The notes under the pieces: model-generated | The model's input: the letters and a program-made list of their open reading frames with translations, nothing else | Database searches by the model: none | What the model was told of the DNA's origin: nothing | In this document: positions 28,175-32,000 of the stretch, in pieces | Numbering within the stretch: position 1 is the first letter of the stretch | Layout of the letters: each line of letters starts with the position of its first letter | Origin: Candidatus Poseidoniaceae archaeon | Lineage (GTDB): Archaea; Thermoplasmatota; Poseidoniia; Poseidoniales; Poseidoniaceae | Assembly (NCBI GenBank): GCA_943789275.1 | Contig: CALSTM010000001.1 | Span: forward strand, 360,001-392,000 | Direction of reading: 5' to 3' | DNA: 32,000 nucleotides | Made by a program: the position numbers and the translations under genes

Positions 28175-28313
28175 ACTTCGTTCACCATTGAACGTAGTCA
28201 GTGAGTCACCACTCGGTGTCCACTTCATTCGTTCTGGTTCTTGTTAAGACATAGCATCTCATGTTGTTCTACAGTTACTGCAACGCCATGGTCATGATTC
28301 GAGTGGGTGTCAA

Positions 28314-29261
28314 TTACAGCGAAGAGCGCTTAAAGTGTCCATTGTTCAAAACAAGGTAAAAATGGTCCATGCATTCGATAATCTGTACGGGGATTTCCTC
28401 AAGTTGTGCACGTTTGGTTGAATCCAGAGAAAGTACGCATTCTTCTCTCCATCCGGCGATGTGCCAACATTGTAGCTTTTCATTCCACTTTGCGTGTTGA
28501 ACTGCACCGTTCAAGTGTTCGATTTTCTTAATTTCACCCTCTGAAAACCAGACAACATCACCCCCATCGTAGCAAAGTAAACACTCACCGTGTTCTGAAA
28601 AAACTGAATGAAGTATTCCATCGTATTGAACGGTCATGGAATCGGTTTGTTTGCCACTGTCTGCGTCATAGGTTTTGACGCCCGAACCTCTCGACCAAAC
28701 TTTGATTGAATTTCTTTCAAATGTAATTTCAGTTGTGACCTCTGCATGCGGTAACTTCTCAAGTTCTTTCCATTTTGGCTCCGCTGATCTCCAATGCTCA
28801 CCAGCATCCATACCCATAGCATAGAGTCCTTTTCTCCAAAGCATGAAGGCGAATTGAGAATCATTTGAGCCCAGTGCGAGTGGTTCAGCATCAAGGACAT
28901 GCGACCATACGGCTCCCGCAGGATGGAGTGCTGCGGCAATCGTCGTTCGAGTACGTAAATCGCCTCTTTCAGGTCCGTTCACGAAATCTGTCCCCAGTTC
29001 GAAACCAGCAATTCGTGCGACCATGAGTTCATGTTCAATCCAGGTAGCAATCAATCGGTTTTGCACCACGACTGCCTTTTTGACTGAACTCGGAAATGGC
29101 TTTTTTGGTTCGCCTTTTTGATTGAGTTCATGGTCCAACAAGAGGAACTCGCCGTCGACACCAATGGCAACATACCCATCATGCCACCGAAGTATTTGGC
29201 TTGGATGAAACGGCAGTGGCTGCACCGTAGCACCGGACATGATGCCTCGTCTTCGTGACAC
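28314..29261 (-). CDS. Hypothetical protein (315 aa), Trp-rich and probably beta-rich (propeller-like); family not recognised.
   Basis: Clean ORF. The start is GTG at 29261, or ATG at 29240 (MSGATVQP...). Recurrent hydrophobic-strand / W / G patterns occur (WHDGYVAIGVDGEFLLL, LIATWIE, GAVWSHVL, IKVWSRGSGVKTYD, DVVWFSEGE, CWHIAGW). Confidence 0.55.
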   Translation of the reverse strand: MSRRRGIMSGATVQPLPFHPSQILRWHDGYVAIGVDGEFLLLDHELNQKGEPKKPFPSSVKKAVVVQNRLIATWIEHELMVARIAGFELGTDFVNGPERGDLRTRTTIAAALHPAGAVWSHVLDAEPLALGSNDSQFAFMLWRKGLYAMGMDAGEHWRSAEPKWKELEKLPHAEVTTEITFERNSIKVWSRGSGVKTYDADSGKQTDSMTVQYDGILHSVFSEHGECLLCYDGGDVVWFSEGEIKKIEHLNGAVQHAKWNEKLQCWHIAGWREECVLSLDSTKRAQLEEIPVQIIECMDHFYLVLNNGHFKRSSL

Positions 29262-29315
29262 CTTGTCAATACTCGTATGAGCGGTATTGAAATGCTGAAG
29301 ATGTATCGATACTGC

Positions 29316-30284
29316 ATGGGCGATAGTAATGTTGTCTTAATTGCGGTAAGTGAGACGGACATCGCATCGACGAATCAAGCCGATGCTTTGATGAGACTCG
29401 CAGAATGGATTTCTCTACCAGATGTTGAAGGTTCTGCTGCGTTTAGCCGCCTTCACTGTCGAATATGGATTCTACCTGGCAGCATTTTACGTGAAGATTT
29501 CCTTGCCCGACGATGGTTTGAAGCGACTGGCGAATCGCCGTCTGAAGTGATTTTTCCTTCAAGGCATTCTGCTGCAAGTGGCCGTCCATCACTCACTCTA
29601 CACCCGATTGGAGTCATGCAACTCGATACGGATGAAGAGCCACCTTACGGCGGGAAAGCAGGAGATGCTCCGCCTCCATCGCCACGTTTGGCATCATGGT
29701 GGAAAGAACTCCTTCATGTCGCATCAACAACCGATTTTGGCCTCGAATTTGACACTTCATTGGAAGTGACACACCATGGGCCTTGGTTGGAAGTCCCCTC
29801 CTTGTTCATCGAAGTCGGTTCTACCGACGCAACATGGGGGCATGTACCAGCTGCTGAATGCCTTGCTGGAATTATTCATCGCGGATTGGGATTAGATGGA
29901 AGCGATGGATTCGGACATTGGGATGCTGAGGCAAACAAAGGCGACTTGGTCTTGATTACCCTTGGTGGTGGCCATTATGCACCTCGTGCAAACTTACTCG
30001 CACAACTCGATGGTGTGTTCTTGGGCCACATGTTGGCCACCTACGCTTTACCGTTCACACCACCAACTGAGGAAGGAGAATTACCGGGTGGAAACTGGAA
30101 GCAATCGTTAGACGCAGCATTCCGTTCGACTCAAATGGCGTATCCAAACGGGAAAATCATATTTTCCATGGACAAAAAGGCGTTCAAGGGTTGGCAGAGG
30201 CAAGCGATTCGAGACCACCTGGAAACGCTTCAGTCCCCTCTCTTGACCTCAAAGAATATTCGGGCACTCCTTGAAACTCAATAA
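29316..30284 (+). CDS. dtdA: D-aminoacyl-tRNA deacylase, archaeal DTD2 type.
   Basis: 'FPSRHSAASGRPSLTLHPIG', 'GGKAG...PPSP', and 'SLEVTHHGPWLEVPSLFIEVGSTDATWG' match the DTD2 signature. The start is uncertain between 29277 and 29316. Confidence 0.75.
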   Translation: MGDSNVVLIAVSETDIASTNQADALMRLAEWISLPDVEGSAAFSRLHCRIWILPGSILREDFLARRWFEATGESPSEVIFPSRHSAASGRPSLTLHPIGVMQLDTDEEPPYGGKAGDAPPPSPRLASWWKELLHVASTTDFGLEFDTSLEVTHHGPWLEVPSLFIEVGSTDATWGHVPAAECLAGIIHRGLGLDGSDGFGHWDAEANKGDLVLITLGGGHYAPRANLLAQLDGVFLGHMLATYALPFTPPTEEGELPGGNWKQSLDAAFRSTQMAYPNGKIIFSMDKKAFKGWQRQAIRDHLETLQSPLLTSKNIRALLETQ

Positions 30285-30345
30285 CCAGCACTGCAAAAGG
30301 TAAGCCTCAAGAGTCTCCTTCACTGACGCACAATAAGGTGAGTGC

Positions 30346-31323
30346 ATGGTCGGATGGGTTTCCAAATCAATCGTGGCCATGACCATCCGTATGCCGCGAT
30401 GGTTTGTCGGCTGGGTTTCTCGCCGGTATGTTGCAGGGCCACGCTTAGAGGATGCAGTTGGAATCATGAAACGGCTTTCAAAAGAGGAGGCATGCTTCAC
30501 TGTTGATGTCCTCGGTGAAGAAATCTCTTCGATGGAAGAAGCCCAATTTTTCCTCGATGAATACTTGAAGGTCATTGAAGCCATTTCTGAGCACAATCTC
30601 GATTCGAACCTCTCCATCAAACCGACGGCATTCGGACTTCTCATCGATGAAAAGAAGGGCATGGAGAACATCGAAAAACTCGTTCGCACTGCCCATTCTC
30701 ACAACCTCTTTGTTCGACTGGACATGGAAGACCACCGGGTGACAACCTCCACGATACAGGTCGTCATCGATTTGCACAAGCGGGGCCTTACCAATGTTGG
30801 AACAGTGCTTCAAGGTCGACTTTTCAGAACTCTTGACGACATCAACGAACTGGAAACTGAACTTGGACCTTATGCAGACTATCGAATTTGTAAAGGCATC
30901 TACCTTGAGCCTGAAGACATTGCTTATACCGCTTACCAAGACATTGTTGACGCAACGAATGCCTGTGTTGACCGTATGCTCGCAGCCGGCTCGTACTGTT
31001 CAATCGCCAGCCACGATGTACCGGTTATTGAGTATGCAAAATCAGCTCTCGAAGCATACGGCATGGGCCCGAATATCCCTGACCCGAGGAGCAATGCTGG
31101 TCCCCAACGAGACGCGAAAGGCCCAGGCTATGAATTCCAAATGCTTCTCGGGGTTCGTGGTCCATTGCGCAGGAAACTCGCCAAAGCAGGTCACCGTACT
31201 CGAGTCTACATCCCTTATGGAGAAAAGTGGTACGAATACAGTATCCGTCGTTTACAGGAGAATCCGACGATAGGAACACAAGTGGCAAAGGCTTTCCTCA
31301 TGCCATGGACAAATCGGCCTTGA
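30346..31323 (+). CDS. Proline dehydrogenase (monofunctional PRODH).
   Basis: 'RRYVAGPRLEDAV', 'NLSIKPTAFGL', 'VRLDMEDHRVT', 'GTVLQGRLFRT', 'RICKGIY', 'IASHDV', 'EFQMLLGVR' and 'RVYIPYGEKWYEYSIRRLQENP' are PRODH barrel motifs. AAGGTGA at 30335-30341 precedes the ATG. Confidence 0.85.
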   Translation: MVGWVSKSIVAMTIRMPRWFVGWVSRRYVAGPRLEDAVGIMKRLSKEEACFTVDVLGEEISSMEEAQFFLDEYLKVIEAISEHNLDSNLSIKPTAFGLLIDEKKGMENIEKLVRTAHSHNLFVRLDMEDHRVTTSTIQVVIDLHKRGLTNVGTVLQGRLFRTLDDINELETELGPYADYRICKGIYLEPEDIAYTAYQDIVDATNACVDRMLAAGSYCSIASHDVPVIEYAKSALEAYGMGPNIPDPRSNAGPQRDAKGPGYEFQMLLGVRGPLRRKLAKAGHRTRVYIPYGEKWYEYSIRRLQENPTIGTQVAKAFLMPWTNRP

Positions 31324-32000
31324 TCAGTTTCGAGGCCTTTTCTTCTTTCTTTTGTTGCTCGGAGTTACGCCTTTTTTGACAATTTCCTTAGGCAGAATAG
31401 GGTTTGGATTGAATCCCAGTTTTCCTTCCTTCCATGCTTGGCGACGTTCCCGAGGTGTTCGAGGTGCAAAATATTCTGGATTTGGAGGCTCGTGCAAGTA
31501 CATTCTCTTGATGTCCGGGGCTTCAACCGTGCCCCGGAGTGTACGGCCCCTGCCCGTATGGATTGCTCGAATGCGCCAAGTCTGGTCGTCCAAATCGATG
31601 AGAAAGCCCGCAGTATAGGTGGTCTCAGCGGGAACAATCAAGACATCTGCAGTTGAATCTTCTCCTCGTGTCATGGTAAGTTTGACTCGAACCATGTCGC
31701 AACGCAATGCTGATGCCCGAGCGATTTCACTTGCTACACAATACTTGAGAAGTCGTCCATCTTTACGTTCAATCTGATTAATCGACCATAATTTCTCTTC
31801 TTCTTTGAAAACATCTTCGAGTTCCAAAACTTCATCAGCGTCAATTTCAATCACTCTGGTCATCGAAGATGGGCCTTCGGTGAGGACGAAAGGAATCTTG
31901 ACCACCGGTGGAGGACGAATGTGAACGGTGTGAACTTTGTTACAGTCTTCACATTGAAGCAAATAATCCGCACCATTGCCCTTGGGTTTTTCGTTGAGAA
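31324..32000 (-). CDS. Conserved-looking zinc-ribbon protein with a basic C-terminal tail. Its N-terminus lies beyond the right edge of the window.
   Basis: The track ORF starts at a TTG at 31962, but the frame stays open to position 32000 (...LNEKPKGNGADYLLQCEDCNKVHTVHI...). The C-terminus is 'KKGVTPSNKRKKKRPRN'. Function unknown. Confidence 0.55.
   Translation of the reverse strand, partial: LNEKPKGNGADYLLQCEDCNKVHTVHIRPPPVVKIPFVLTEGPSSMTRVIEIDADEVLELEDVFKEEEKLWSINQIERKDGRLLKYCVASEIARASALRCDMVRVKLTMTRGEDSTADVLIVPAETTYTAGFLIDLDDQTWRIRAIHTGRGRTLRGTVEAPDIKRMYLHEPPNPEYFAPRTPRERRQAWKEGKLGFNPNPILPKEIVKKGVTPSNKRKKKRPRN

Noticed and set aside
30590-30620. GGTTCGAATC (a tRNA T-loop-like string) on the minus strand.
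   Set aside because: The flanking bases do not form a T-stem or acceptor stem. It lies inside the well-supported proline dehydrogenase CDS.
30249-30939. 146-aa and 153-aa minus-strand ORFs antisense to proline dehydrogenase.
   Set aside because: These are shadow ORFs opposite a confidently identified gene.

Overview
The window is a gene-dense archaeal chromosomal core region. Archaeal-type genes include PheT, class II GAPDH, RNase P Rpp21, aIF6, RpoE'/Spt4, S24e/S27ae and DTD2. Likely source, by inference only, is an uncultured marine planktonic Thermoplasmatota-like archaeon (MGII/III-like). Contents in order: a partial secreted protein at the left edge, a small unknown ORF, pheT, a GXGXG (glutamate-synthase domain 3 / FwdC-like) fusion protein, and gap. 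Next come a ~1650-aa membrane-anchored subtilisin-like protease with an Ig/CARDB-like array, adk, rnp4, a YhbY-like RNA-binding protein, an ArsB/NhaD-family permease, and a zinc-ribbon/Pro-rich/TPR protein. A 23S-5S rRNA unit follows, with no 16S gene in the window and long flanking processing stems. After it lie aIF6, purC, an unknown 228-aa protein, a ~1900-aa FG-GAP/CARDB-like surface protein, the rpoE'-spt4-rps24e-rps27ae operon, an unknown 315-aa protein, dtdA, proline dehydrogenase, and a partial zinc-ribbon protein at the right edge. I found no CRISPR array, transposase, integrase or tRNA. I cannot point to a demonstrably novel system. The most interesting material is the pair of giant surface proteins, a probable frame problem at the 3' end of the protease gene that hides a Trp-rich C-terminal motif, the uncharacterised genes next to them, and the unlinked rRNA unit. 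All product calls rest on my recognition of family motifs in the supplied translations. No database search was run.
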